DNA of 64,000 bases, from positions 43,802 to 107,801 of IMG/VR virus record IMGVR_UViG_3300046777_001606; one strand, 5' to 3'. The notes below the pieces were generated by a model that saw only the letters and a list, made by a program, of their open reading frames with translations, did no database searches and had not been told where the DNA came from. Origin of the DNA: a virus. Below, piece after piece: positions 29,021 to 39,313 of the stretch. Every line of letters begins with the position of its first letter. The stretch's first letter is position 1. The position numbers were made by a program, and so were the translations under genes.

Positions 29021-30889
29021 ATGCATAAGATTAAATCCCATAAAACAGTTGAACAGATTGCAAAGAAGCATCGTCTTGATGTTTCTTTCATTCAAAAGCA
29101 ACTCGATATGGGAGAACCAATTGAACATGAGCACACTCAAGATCATGATTTAGCTAAGGACATTGCTCTGCAGCATTTAGATGAAATTCCCGATTACTAC
29201 ACTCGTTTGAAAAAAATGGAAGCGGATGCTAAAAAGCATCATAAGCAATTTAAAGATGTAAAAGAAGAAACAACTTCAGGAGATGATGGTCTTCATGATT
29301 GGTTTAATAAATCAAAATCATCTGATGGGAAAAAAGGTTGGGTTCAATTGGGTGGCAAATATGCAGGAAAACCATGCGCTCGCCAACCAGGTCAAACTTC
29401 TACTCCCAAATGCGGAAGTTCTAAAATGAAAAAAGCACTTTCGAAAGATGAAGAAGAAGCAGCAAGACGTAGAAAAAATCGCTTAGATCCAAATCAACCA
29501 GAAAAATCTGGTGGCGCTAAACCAACAAATGTAAGAACTGAAGAGATGGACCTACAAGAAGTAAAGGATAAACCAGGAAAGGGTAGCGGCAAAAAAGATG
29601 CATGTTACCAAAAGGTAAAATCAAGATATGATGTTTGGCCAAGTGCATATGCATCTGGCGCATTAGTTAAGTGCCGTAAAGTTGGTGCGGCAAATTGGGG
29701 AACTAAATCAGAAGCAGTTGAAAATGAAGAGCAAAGATATTGCCCACTATGCGATAAAAGAGAAACAAGATCAGAGTGTTCTTACGGAGAAAAAACTTGG
29801 GATAAAGTTTCGATTAAAGATCATGAATACTCAATGGCTAGGTCCGAATTAAAAAATATTATTGATGCAGCTAAAAGGCTTGAAAAGAAGGTAGGAAAAG
29901 GAGAAGGATCATTGGAAGCTTGGGTACAATCGAAAATTACCAAAGCAGCAGATTATATTGATACTGCAGCAGATTATGTTGCAAGTGGAGAAATGCAGGA
30001 AGCAAAAACACTTGGGTTTGAAATTAGAAAGTCTTCTGGAGCTGGAGCACTTACTCCAGATGCAGCAAAACAATTGGGTCCAAAAGCAGTTGAACTCCAA
30101 AAGAAAAAAGCTGCCGCAGTTGATTTGCCAAAAGTAAGAAAAGAACATACTGGTATTGTTGCAGATATCTTAAAAGAGATTGAAGAAGAAGGACCTTGCT
30201 GGAGAGGTTATAAACAAGTAGGAATGAAGAAAAAGGGTAAAAAGATTGTTCCGAATTGCGTTCCTATGAGAGAAGAAAATAAAAATATCTGTTCATATTG
30301 TGGATGCGATCCATGCGAATGCGAAAAAATTAATGAATCTGTTCGTTTACCTGCTATGAATGGAAATATTATTGAAATAATTCTTTCTTGGAGAGGAAAA
30401 ACTTATATTTCAAAAATGTTTTTCCCCCAAACAAAAGTTCCGAATAGAAGAGAAATTACTGACGAGATCGTAAAAGTTTATCCAGATGCTAAAGTTCTGG
30501 CATTTAAAGTTTCAGATTTGCAGCCAGGTCAACCATTGATTCAAGCAGGATTGCAAGGAGGAAGTGCTGCTACTCCCGGTCCATCTAAAAAATATGTAAA
30601 ACCCTATGGAGAACAACTAGAATTCAATGAAGACTGGCAAAAAGTTAATCGCCAAGATAAAACTGATGGATTAAGTCCTGCTGCAGTAAAAGCATATCGT
30701 CAAGAAAATCCAGGATCTAAGTTACAAACTGCAGTAACAGAAAAGAAACCAACTGGAAAAAGAGCAAAACGTCGTGCCTCATTTTGTCGCCGTATGAAAG
30801 GCATGAAATCCAAATTAACTTCAGCAGAAACTGCTAGAGATCCCGATTCAAGAATCAACAAAGCACTTCGTCGTTGGAACTGTAACTAA
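29021..30889 (+). CDS. Multi-module basic protein, possibly an internal head protein
   Basis: ATG 29021 preferred over GTG 29009; modules EHEHT..AKDIALQHLDEIPDYY (DUF5661-like), WPSAYASGALVKCRK, WVQSKITKA, CWRGY..GMKKKG...VPNCV, RRASFCRRM...RRWNC. Confidence 0.7.
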   Translation: MHKIKSHKTVEQIAKKHRLDVSFIQKQLDMGEPIEHEHTQDHDLAKDIALQHLDEIPDYYTRLKKMEADAKKHHKQFKDVKEETTSGDDGLHDWFNKSKSSDGKKGWVQLGGKYAGKPCARQPGQTSTPKCGSSKMKKALSKDEEEAARRRKNRLDPNQPEKSGGAKPTNVRTEEMDLQEVKDKPGKGSGKKDACYQKVKSRYDVWPSAYASGALVKCRKVGAANWGTKSEAVENEEQRYCPLCDKRETRSECSYGEKTWDKVSIKDHEYSMARSELKNIIDAAKRLEKKVGKGEGSLEAWVQSKITKAADYIDTAADYVASGEMQEAKTLGFEIRKSSGAGALTPDAAKQLGPKAVELQKKKAAAVDLPKVRKEHTGIVADILKEIEEEGPCWRGYKQVGMKKKGKKIVPNCVPMREENKNICSYCGCDPCECEKINESVRLPAMNGNIIEIILSWRGKTYISKMFFPQTKVPNRREITDEIVKVYPDAKVLAFKVSDLQPGQPLIQAGLQGGSAATPGPSKKYVKPYGEQLEFNEDWQKVNRQDKTDGLSPAAVKAYRQENPGSKLQTAVTEKKPTGKRAKRRASFCRRMKGMKSKLTSAETARDPDSRINKALRRWNCN

Positions 30890-30890
30890 A

Positions 30891-31205
30891 ATGAAATCCT
30901 TTCAACAATTCATGTCCGAGTCAGTTAATATTTCTGGCGACTTTAATGGAAATCTTTATATAAATTCTCCTCAAGAACCACAGCAAGTTGGCGAAGAATA
31001 TGTTGCTGATGTAATGTGGAATGGGAGTCTTTATAGACTAGAATTAGTAACAAAGTCTGGAATTCCTACAAAAAAAGATTTGGGAGAACAATTGCAATCA
31101 GATTATCCTGGTGCAGTAGTACACCAGATTTATCCAGTTACAGAAAAAAATTTTAATATCAAAAACGCACAAAGATATCACCCATCAAAATTAGATTGGA
31201 TTTAA
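30891..31205 (+). CDS. Hypothetical protein with capsid-targeting-like N-terminus
   Basis: Starts MKSFQQFMSE, similar to the T4 internal-protein signal MKTYQEFIAE. Confidence 0.65.
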   Translation: MKSFQQFMSESVNISGDFNGNLYINSPQEPQQVGEEYVADVMWNGSLYRLELVTKSGIPTKKDLGEQLQSDYPGAVVHQIYPVTEKNFNIKNAQRYHPSKLDWI

Positions 31206-31208
31206 TAT

Positions 31209-32483
31209 ATGGCTATTTGGAATAAGAATACACAAGACTTTCTAGATCAAGAAAGATCTTTATTTGAGGTTTATAATATTGCAGATCACTGGGGAAACCA
31301 GACAGATTGGAGACCTCAATTTTCTAATAACAACAGATTAAAAGTTGCTCCGTTCCAAACAGTTTTCTTTAATACCTTTCAGTATGGTAAAGAAACTGAT
31401 GTTTGGGATGAGAGAATCGTTGGAGTTGGAACTGCAACTCATAATGTTTCTGCTAGTAATGTAATCATGCAAGTTGGTTCTACTATGGGTAGTAAAGTCA
31501 TCAGGCAAACCAAGAATGTGATGAGATACATTCCTGGTAGACCAGCAACTCTTGCATTCGCAATTCGTCTTGATACTCCACAGGTAGGTATTCGTAGAAG
31601 ATTTGGATTGTTTGATGATTATAATGGCGCATACTTTGAGGATAATGGTGGAACATATTCATATGTAATTCGCACTACTACATCTGGTATCACTACAGAA
31701 ATAGCAGTAGGTAGAGATAATTGGAATGGTGAAAAGTTTGATGGTAATGGTTGGACTGGTATAACCGCAGACCCAACAAAACAACAGATGATTTCTATTG
31801 CTTATGAGTGGTATGGTGCAGGAACTGTAGATTTTGCTTGGTTAATGGCAGGCGAAACTGTTAAGAGTCATACCTTTTATAACTCAAACATTAATGATAA
31901 GGTTTGGTGTTCTACTCCATTCCTTCCTATTCGTCTTGAAATTGAGAACATAGTTGGTGTTGCAGGAACTCATTATCTTTATCAGGGTTCCAATTCTCTT
32001 ATTCAGGAAGGAGAACCAGAAAAACTTGGAACTCTTTTGAGTATTGCAAATCCCATCACGGGAACAACGATGTCATTGGCAAATACATTCTATCCAATTG
32101 TAAGTATTCGTTTGAAGAGTACTAATTTAACTGGTGTGATGCTTTTGAGATCATTGCAGGCAGCAACGAATGATAATACTAATGTTTATTGGAAACTTAT
32201 TCAGAATGCAACAAATACAGGCGGAACTTGGGTAGATCATCCAGATCCAAACTCTTTTATGCAATATAATATTACTGAAACTGCAACGACTGGTGGAACT
32301 ACTTTGTTAAATGGATTTATTGTTGGTGGTGGTGCAGCATTGATTAATATTGATGATAAAGCAGCCCTTCAGTTAGGTAGAAGTGGTATTGGAACAATTA
32401 GTGATACTTATACTCTCGCTTGTGCATCTCCTAATGTTAATAAAGCAGCACTTGCAGTATTGAACTGGATTGAACAAAGGTAA
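31209..32483 (+). CDS. Virion structural protein, paralogue of the ORF 23001 core
   Basis: RQTK..RY.PG, RFGLFDDYNGAYFE, WNGEKFDGNG, YEWYGAG and C-terminal LNWIEQR. Confidence 0.7.
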   Translation: MAIWNKNTQDFLDQERSLFEVYNIADHWGNQTDWRPQFSNNNRLKVAPFQTVFFNTFQYGKETDVWDERIVGVGTATHNVSASNVIMQVGSTMGSKVIRQTKNVMRYIPGRPATLAFAIRLDTPQVGIRRRFGLFDDYNGAYFEDNGGTYSYVIRTTTSGITTEIAVGRDNWNGEKFDGNGWTGITADPTKQQMISIAYEWYGAGTVDFAWLMAGETVKSHTFYNSNINDKVWCSTPFLPIRLEIENIVGVAGTHYLYQGSNSLIQEGEPEKLGTLLSIANPITGTTMSLANTFYPIVSIRLKSTNLTGVMLLRSLQAATNDNTNVYWKLIQNATNTGGTWVDHPDPNSFMQYNITETATTGGTTLLNGFIVGGGAALINIDDKAALQLGRSGIGTISDTYTLACASPNVNKAALAVLNWIEQR

Positions 32484-32489
32484 TTTTTT

Positions 32490-34133
32490 ATGAGTGATGT
32501 ATATCTTGGTAATCCCCTATTAAAAAAAGCAAATACACCAATTGAATTTACACAAGAGCAAATTATTGAATTTGTAAAATGTAAAGACGATCCTGTTTAT
32601 TTCGCAAACAATTACGTAAAGATTGTTACTCTTGATCATGGACTGCAGACGTTCAAACCATATCATTTCCAAGAAAAATTAATTAATAATTTTCATAAAC
32701 ATAGATTTAATATTTGTAAAATGCCTCGGCAGACTGGTAAGTCTACTACTGTGGTTTCTTTTCTATTACACTATGCCGTTTTTAATGATAATGTAAATAT
32801 TGGTATTCTTGCAAACAAGGCAGCTACCGCAAGAGAACTTTTAGATAGATTGCAAACTGCTTATGAAAATTTACCAAAATGGATGCAACAAGGTATCATA
32901 TCATGGAATAAAGGTTCTTTAGAGTTAGAAAATGGATCAAAGATTCTGGCTGCTTCTACATCTGCAAGTGCTGTCCGAGGCATGTCGTTCAATATCCTCT
33001 TCTTGGACGAATTCGCTTTCGTTCCAAACCATATCGCAGATTCCTTCTTTGCATCTGTTTATCCTACTATTACTTCTGGTAAACAAACAAAAGTAATTAT
33101 AGTTTCTACCCCACACGGTATGAATCATTTTTACCGCATGTGGCATGATGCGGAAAAGGGTAAAAATGAGTACATTTACACTGATGTTCATTGGTCTGAA
33201 GTTCCAGGTAGAGATGAAGAATGGAAAAAACAAACCATTGCAAACACATCAGATCAACAATTTAAAGTTGAATTTGAATGCGAATTTTTAGGATCCGTTG
33301 ATACTCTTATTGCTCCAAGTAAACTTAGAAACCTTGTATATGACCACCCTAAGACACGTAGCGGCGGTTTAGATGTTTATTTGGATGTTGAGGAAGAACA
33401 TGACTATATCATCACTGTAGACGTTGCTAGAGGTGTTGGGAATGACTATTCTGCATTTGTAGTCACTGATATTACACAGTTTCCCCATAAAGTAGTAGCA
33501 AAATATAGGAACAATGAAATTAAACCTATGCTGTTTCCAAGCATAATTCACGAAGTTGCAAAAAATTATAATAATGCGTATGTTCTTTGTGAAGTCAATG
33601 ATGTTGGAGATCAGGTAGCAAGTATTCTTCAGTATGACTTAGAATATCAAAATTTACTCATGTGTTCTATGAGGGGTAGAGCTGGACAAATTGTTGGACA
33701 GGGTTTTTCTGGTAAGAAAACTCAATTGGGAGTTAAGATGTCCAAAACGGTTAAAAAAGTTGGATGCCTTAATTTAAAAACTATGATTGAAGAGGATAAA
33801 CTACTCTTCAGTGATTATGAAATAATGAGTGAACTTACTACATTTATTCAAAAACACAATTCATTTGAAGCTGAAGAGGGATGTAACGATGACTTAGCAA
33901 TGTGTTTGGTAATTTATGCTTGGTTAGTTGCTCAAGATTATTTTAAAGAACTAACAGATCAAGACGTAAGAAAAAAATTATATGAGGAGCAAAAAAATCA
34001 AATTGAACAAGATATGTCTCCCTTTGGATTTATTGTAGATGGAACAGAATCTGGAAGTTTTGTGGATATTGATGGAGACAGATGGTTTACTGATGAATAT
34101 GGGGATATGTCATATATGTGGGAATATAATTAA
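32490..34133 (+). CDS. gp17: Terminase large subunit
   Basis: YLGNPLLK, Walker A PRQTGKST, Walker B LFLDEFAF, VSTPHG, DVARG and NDDLAM nuclease motifs. Confidence 0.97.
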   Translation: MSDVYLGNPLLKKANTPIEFTQEQIIEFVKCKDDPVYFANNYVKIVTLDHGLQTFKPYHFQEKLINNFHKHRFNICKMPRQTGKSTTVVSFLLHYAVFNDNVNIGILANKAATARELLDRLQTAYENLPKWMQQGIISWNKGSLELENGSKILAASTSASAVRGMSFNILFLDEFAFVPNHIADSFFASVYPTITSGKQTKVIIVSTPHGMNHFYRMWHDAEKGKNEYIYTDVHWSEVPGRDEEWKKQTIANTSDQQFKVEFECEFLGSVDTLIAPSKLRNLVYDHPKTRSGGLDVYLDVEEEHDYIITVDVARGVGNDYSAFVVTDITQFPHKVVAKYRNNEIKPMLFPSIIHEVAKNYNNAYVLCEVNDVGDQVASILQYDLEYQNLLMCSMRGRAGQIVGQGFSGKKTQLGVKMSKTVKKVGCLNLKTMIEEDKLLFSDYEIMSELTTFIQKHNSFEAEEGCNDDLAMCLVIYAWLVAQDYFKELTDQDVRKKLYEEQKNQIEQDMSPFGFIVDGTESGSFVDIDGDRWFTDEYGDMSYMWEYN

Positions 34134-34363
34134 TGGAATTAGATAAGCAATTAAAATTAGGACACTTATTACTTACCGATAGAAAATGTAGGACATGTGG
34201 TAAAACAAAAAATTTGATAGATGGTTTCTATAGAACAAGAAAAGATAAAGGACCAGTTGCTTCTTCATATTCATATGAATGTAAAGATTGCACTATAAAA
34301 CGTATAGTTATTAGTAAAATACAAAGTAATATTTTTGATAGATGGGAATATCCCGACTGGTAA
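34133..34363 (+). CDS. Small Zn-ribbon protein (CxxC...CxxC)
   Basis: RKCRTC...FYRTR...YSYECKDC and C-terminal WEYPDW. Confidence 0.7.
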   Translation: MELDKQLKLGHLLLTDRKCRTCGKTKNLIDGFYRTRKDKGPVASSYSYECKDCTIKRIVISKIQSNIFDRWEYPDW

Positions 34364-34403
34364 ATAATTCACGTCACATTTCCCCCTTGTAAAGTAACTT
34401 TTT

Positions 34404-34411
34404 AATAAATA
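34404..34411 (+). promoter_or_regulatory. Putative late promoter for gp18
   Basis: AATAAATA, followed by SD AGGAG. Confidence 0.65.
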
Positions 34412-34445
34412 TTTTTTAGATAAACTGAGACTTCAGGAGAAAAAC

Positions 34446-36674
34446 ATGGCGACTCCTCAATTATCTCCAGGTGTAATTACCAGAGAGGTTGATTTAACTG
34501 TTGGGAGAGCTGATAATGTTTTAGAAAACATTGGTGCTATTGCTGGTCCCTTTGCAATTGGACCTGTTGATGAACCCACAACAATTACAACCGAACAAGA
34601 GTTAATCAATACATTCGGAAAACCAATATCTACTGATAGTCAGTATGAATATTGGATGACAGCATCATCATATCTTTCATATGGTGGAGTTCTTAAGGTC
34701 GTAAGAACAAGTGGATCAACATTGAAGAATTCAAATGCTGGTGTTGGAGCTGCTAATACAACTTCATTAAAAATTGATAACTTTGATGATTATAGCACAA
34801 ACCACTCAGGTCCATCTGCAGATTATACATATGCGTCAAAAAACCCAGGATCTTGGGCAAATGATTTGAAAGTATGTTTTATCGATGACCTAGGAGATCA
34901 AATTCTTGGAGTTACAACTACAGATCTGGCAAATTTTGGAGCAGTAATTGGTGCTGGAGCTACTACACCAATTACTGCGAATATTCCACAATCTGATGGA
35001 ACTGTATTAACTTTTCAAGGATACTTAAAAGGTATCGTTACTGGAGTATCTACAGACACCTCTGCTGGAGCAAGTAAAGTAACTGTTAAAATTGTATCTA
35101 GAGTTTCTAGTACTGGTGCAGAAACAAAAATTTCTTATGGGAAGGATACATCTTATGCAGGATTTTTTGTCGGATGCGACTTAAAATTTGTTAATTCATC
35201 AGGTGTTGTAGGTAATGGCAATACTACTTGTGCATGTACAACGGTTGATGATTGGTATGATCAACAAACTCTCGGATTAACTAATAGCACAATCTATTGG
35301 AAATCTATTGCGCCAAAACCAGTAACTACTAATTCTGCATTAGAATCAAACTCTAGAAATGATGCCCTCCATGTTGTTTTAGTTGATGATACTGGAAGAG
35401 TTACTGGTGTAAAAGGAAATTTAGTAGAAAAGCATTTAAATCTGTCGAAGGCTGTAGATGCAGTTTCTAGCGAAAATTCTCCTACAAAAATTTGGTATAA
35501 AGATTACCTAAGTCTGTATTCAAATTACATTTATGCGGGATACAATCCATCAAATGGTTCGGATGGATATTGGGGAACACACCCAACAGCAACTGGATTT
35601 ACAACATATTCGGGAATACCTTCAGCATCATTTACAGCAATTTCTACCGCCAGTGGTCTCTGGGGACAAAAATCTCAAGGTGTAGAATTTAGCGCAATAG
35701 GCAACAAAACTTATACATTAAGGGGTGGAGTTGACTATCAATCAAATGGCGGAATGCTTGCTCAACTTTCGGATCTTGTTGCTTCATATGATTTATTCTC
35801 AAATAAAGATCGTTATTCCGTAGATTTTATTTTAGGAGGTCCAGGACTTACTGTTGAATCAGATTCTCAAGCAAAAGCTGCTAAATTAATATCAATCGCA
35901 GAATCGAGAAAAGATTGTATAGCAGTTATTTCCCCAAATTCAGCTAGTGTATTGAACATAACAAATTCAAACACTCAAACTAAAAATGTATGTGAATTTT
36001 TCTCAGGAATTAATGCATCAATAACATCATCATCTTATGCAGTGTTTGATTCTGGTTACAAATACATGTATGATAGATTTAACAATGCATTTGAATATGT
36101 TCCATGTAATGGTGATGTTGCTGGATTAATGGTTAGATCATCTCTCAATTCATACCCATGGGTTTCTCCAGCAGGGCAACAAAGAGGAGTTCTTAACAAT
36201 GCAATTAAATTAGCATACAATCCATCCAAAGATGAGAGAGACACTTTATACACCTCAAGAGTAAATCCAATTATTAACCAGCCTGGTGTTGGTATTATTT
36301 TATATGGCGATAAAACAGCAGTGTCTTATGCTACAGCATTTGATAGAATTAATGTGAGAAGATTATTTATTGTTGTTGAAAAAGCACTTGAAAGAGCAGC
36401 TCAATCGCAACTTTTTGAGCTCAACGATGAAATAACCAGATCTAATTTTGTTAATACCGTTGAACCATATCTCAGAGATATTCAAGCAAAGAGAGGACTT
36501 TATGATTTCCGTGTTATCTGCGATCAAACAAATAACACTCCTGATGTAATTGATAATAATGAATTTAGAGCTGATATCTTCTTGAAGCCAACTAAGTCAA
36601 TTAATTATGTAACTTTAACTTTTGTAGCTACTCGCACAGGAGTTAGCTTTGAAGAAGTTACTGGTAGAGTTTAA
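34446..36674 (+). CDS. gp18: Tail sheath protein
   Basis: LSPGVITREVDLT, PWVSPAG..RG, FDRINVRRLF, IFLKPTKSINYV. Confidence 0.97.
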   Translation: MATPQLSPGVITREVDLTVGRADNVLENIGAIAGPFAIGPVDEPTTITTEQELINTFGKPISTDSQYEYWMTASSYLSYGGVLKVVRTSGSTLKNSNAGVGAANTTSLKIDNFDDYSTNHSGPSADYTYASKNPGSWANDLKVCFIDDLGDQILGVTTTDLANFGAVIGAGATTPITANIPQSDGTVLTFQGYLKGIVTGVSTDTSAGASKVTVKIVSRVSSTGAETKISYGKDTSYAGFFVGCDLKFVNSSGVVGNGNTTCACTTVDDWYDQQTLGLTNSTIYWKSIAPKPVTTNSALESNSRNDALHVVLVDDTGRVTGVKGNLVEKHLNLSKAVDAVSSENSPTKIWYKDYLSLYSNYIYAGYNPSNGSDGYWGTHPTATGFTTYSGIPSASFTAISTASGLWGQKSQGVEFSAIGNKTYTLRGGVDYQSNGGMLAQLSDLVASYDLFSNKDRYSVDFILGGPGLTVESDSQAKAAKLISIAESRKDCIAVISPNSASVLNITNSNTQTKNVCEFFSGINASITSSSYAVFDSGYKYMYDRFNNAFEYVPCNGDVAGLMVRSSLNSYPWVSPAGQQRGVLNNAIKLAYNPSKDERDTLYTSRVNPIINQPGVGIILYGDKTAVSYATAFDRINVRRLFIVVEKALERAAQSQLFELNDEITRSNFVNTVEPYLRDIQAKRGLYDFRVICDQTNNTPDVIDNNEFRADIFLKPTKSINYVTLTFVATRTGVSFEEVTGRV

Positions 36675-36711
36675 TTATTATCTAAATTAATTACAGAAGG
36701 AGGAATCCAAA

Positions 36712-37347
36712 ATGTCCACCCTAAGAACAATCACAAACTTTAAATCTAGATTAGCTGGTGGTGGTGCAAGACCCAACCTATTTGAAGTGACTATTCCATC
36801 ATTTCCAAGTGCAGCATTGGGCGCACAATGGGATAATGAAACATTTCAATTTTTATGCAAAGCAGCTGCTTTACCAGCATCAAATGTAGCACCAATCGAC
36901 ATTCCATTTAGAGGTCGTATTTTAAAAGTTGCTGGAGACAGAACTTTTGATACTTGGACTGTTACCGTTATTAATGATGAAAATTTTAAATTAAGAACCG
37001 CATTTGAACTTTGGATGAACGGCATCAATAAACTTGATAATGCGACTGGAGCAACAAATCCAGCATCGTATATGACTAATGCAATTGTTCATCAACTTGG
37101 AAGAGGAGCAGGAACAAGAGAATCGACAACAAATAGTCAAGCATCTGGTGGATCATCAATTGCTCCTTTGAGAACTTATAAATTCTATGATATTTTCCCA
37201 ACCAATATCTCCCAAATTGATCTTTCATATGATACTTCTGACACCATTGAAGAGTACACTGTAGAATTCCAAGTTCAGTACTGGACTGCAGGTAGCACTT
37301 CTGATAATGGTGGAGCAACTGACGCAACTAACGTTGTAATAAGATAA
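36712..37347 (+). CDS. gp19: Tail tube protein
   Basis: GGARPNLFEV, FRGRILKVAGDRTFDTWTVTVIND, IEEYTVEFQVQYW. Confidence 0.97.
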   Translation: MSTLRTITNFKSRLAGGGARPNLFEVTIPSFPSAALGAQWDNETFQFLCKAAALPASNVAPIDIPFRGRILKVAGDRTFDTWTVTVINDENFKLRTAFELWMNGINKLDNATGATNPASYMTNAIVHQLGRGAGTRESTTNSQASGGSSIAPLRTYKFYDIFPTNISQIDLSYDTSDTIEEYTVEFQVQYWTAGSTSDNGGATDATNVVIR

Positions 37348-37377
37348 TAAATAGTAGAAAGAAACTTTTAATTAATA

Positions 37378-39075
37378 ATGGCAAAATTATTTGGATTTTC
37401 TATTGAGGACACAGATCCAGTATCTCAGACTACAGTATCACCCGTCCCCCCTAATAGTGAGGACGGGTCTGATTTTTATCTGAGTAGTGGATTTTTTGGT
37501 TCTTATGTAGATATTGAGGGTGTTTACAGAACAGAATTTGACTTAATTAAAAGATATCGTGAAATGGCTCTTCACCCAGAGTGTGATAGTGCTATTGAAG
37601 ATATCGTCAATGAAGCAATCGTTTCAGATTCTGATGATAGTCCCGTTACTATAGAGTTATCTAATTTGAATGCCAGTGATGGAATAAAGAAAAAAATTAG
37701 AGAGGAATTTAAATATTTACTTGAACTTTTAGATTTTGATAGAAAATCTCACGAGATCTATAGAAATTGGTATGTTGATGGTAGACTCTATTATCATAAG
37801 GTAATTGATCTTAAGAAACCTGAGGAGGGTATTCAGGAATTAAGATATATTGATGCGATGAAAATTCGTTATGTTAGGCAGCAAAAAAGGACAAAAAACC
37901 AGGGACAAATGAGGTTGGCTAACATGAACCAACCAAACCCAATGGAATATGAATTTCCAGAAATTGAAGAGTATTTTGTATACAATCCAAAAATGTCTTA
38001 TCCAACTTCAAACCCAGCTGCAATGGGTGGTGAAGCGGGAATCAAAATGTCTAGAGATTCGGTCACATATTGTACTTCTGGATTAGTAGATAGAAATAAA
38101 GGATCAACATTATCTTACCTACACAAAGCAATCAAATCTCTCAATCAATTAAGAATGATTGAAGATAGTCTTGTAATTTACAGACTATCAAGAGCACCAG
38201 AACGTCGTATTTTTTATATTGATGTTGGCAATCTTCCAAAGGTAAAGGCAGAGCAATACCTTCGTGATGTTATGATGAGATATAGAAACAAATTAGTTTA
38301 TGATGCAAGTACCGGAGAAGTTAGAGACGATAAAAAATTCATGAGTATGCTTGAAGATTTTTGGTTACCTCGCCGTGAAGGTGGTAGAGGAACTGAGATC
38401 ACAACACTTCCCGGTGGACAAAATCTTGGAGAAATAACTGATATTGAATATTTTAAAAAGAAATTATATCGCTCGCTTAATGTACCCCCATCAAGAATGG
38501 ATGGTGAAGGTGGATTTAATCTTGGACGTTCTTCTGAAATTTTAAGAGATGAGCTTAAGTTCACAAAATTTGTTTCTCGCCTGAGAAAAAGATTCTCAGC
38601 AATGTTCAATGATATGCTAAGAACTCAACTTTTACTCAAAAATATTATTACTCCAGAAGACTGGCAGATAATGGAAGAACATATTCAATATGATTTTCTA
38701 TATGATAATCATTTTTCAGAATTAAAAGATGCAGAACTTTTATCTGAAAGATTAAATATGGTTGCAACTGCCGAACCTTATGTCGGCAAATATTATTCAC
38801 AAGATTATGTCCGCAGAAAAATACTGAGACAAACTGATGCTGAAATTTTGGAGCAAGATGCACTCATTGAAAAAGAAATTAAAGATGGTATTATCCCAGA
38901 TCCAAATGCTCCCATAGATCCAATGACTGGACAACCATTAGATCCTAGCACTGCAAATATGGACCTTGGTCAACCAGTAATGGAACCAAATACAGATGGA
39001 GTAAAAGATGGAGGATCAACTGAGGTAAATGGATCCTCAGCTGAAATGCCCAAACCTAGAGGTGGTAAGATATAA
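37378..39075 (+). CDS. gp20: Portal protein
   Basis: YRLSRAPERRIFYIDVGNLPK, EDFWLPRREGGRGTEITTLPGG; AATAAATA at 37346-37353. Confidence 0.98.
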   Translation: MAKLFGFSIEDTDPVSQTTVSPVPPNSEDGSDFYLSSGFFGSYVDIEGVYRTEFDLIKRYREMALHPECDSAIEDIVNEAIVSDSDDSPVTIELSNLNASDGIKKKIREEFKYLLELLDFDRKSHEIYRNWYVDGRLYYHKVIDLKKPEEGIQELRYIDAMKIRYVRQQKRTKNQGQMRLANMNQPNPMEYEFPEIEEYFVYNPKMSYPTSNPAAMGGEAGIKMSRDSVTYCTSGLVDRNKGSTLSYLHKAIKSLNQLRMIEDSLVIYRLSRAPERRIFYIDVGNLPKVKAEQYLRDVMMRYRNKLVYDASTGEVRDDKKFMSMLEDFWLPRREGGRGTEITTLPGGQNLGEITDIEYFKKKLYRSLNVPPSRMDGEGGFNLGRSSEILRDELKFTKFVSRLRKRFSAMFNDMLRTQLLLKNIITPEDWQIMEEHIQYDFLYDNHFSELKDAELLSERLNMVATAEPYVGKYYSQDYVRRKILRQTDAEILEQDALIEKEIKDGIIPDPNAPIDPMTGQPLDPSTANMDLGQPVMEPNTDGVKDGGSTEVNGSSAEMPKPRGGKI

Positions 39076-39078
39076 ATA
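39071..39078 (+). promoter_or_regulatory. Late promoter (exact T4 consensus)
   Basis: TATAAATA overlapping the gp20 stop. Confidence 0.75.
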
Positions 39079-39107
39079 ATAAAGATTTAAATTAATGGTA
39101 TAGATCT

Positions 39108-39278
39108 ATGGATGAATTGTTAGATATGATTATTGCTGATGAAAAACCTTCACATATCAGCGATAAAATTAAAGATTTACTCTTTACAAAAGCGGCAGAA
39201 AAAATAGATTCATATAAACCAACCGTTGCAACATCTCTTTTTGGAGAAGTTGAGGAAGAAACATCCGAAGAAGAGTGA
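39108..39278 (+). CDS. Small acidic protein at the gp67 position (putative prohead core)
   Basis: Not in ORF track; 56 aa MDELLDMIIADEKPSHISDKIKDLLFTKAAEKIDSYKPTVATSLFGEVEEETSEEE; follows a late promoter. Confidence 0.65.
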   Translation: MDELLDMIIADEKPSHISDKIKDLLFTKAAEKIDSYKPTVATSLFGEVEEETSEEE

Positions 39279-39313
39279 TTGATAAATAATTAGTAAATGA
39301 ATTTCTAAGAATA

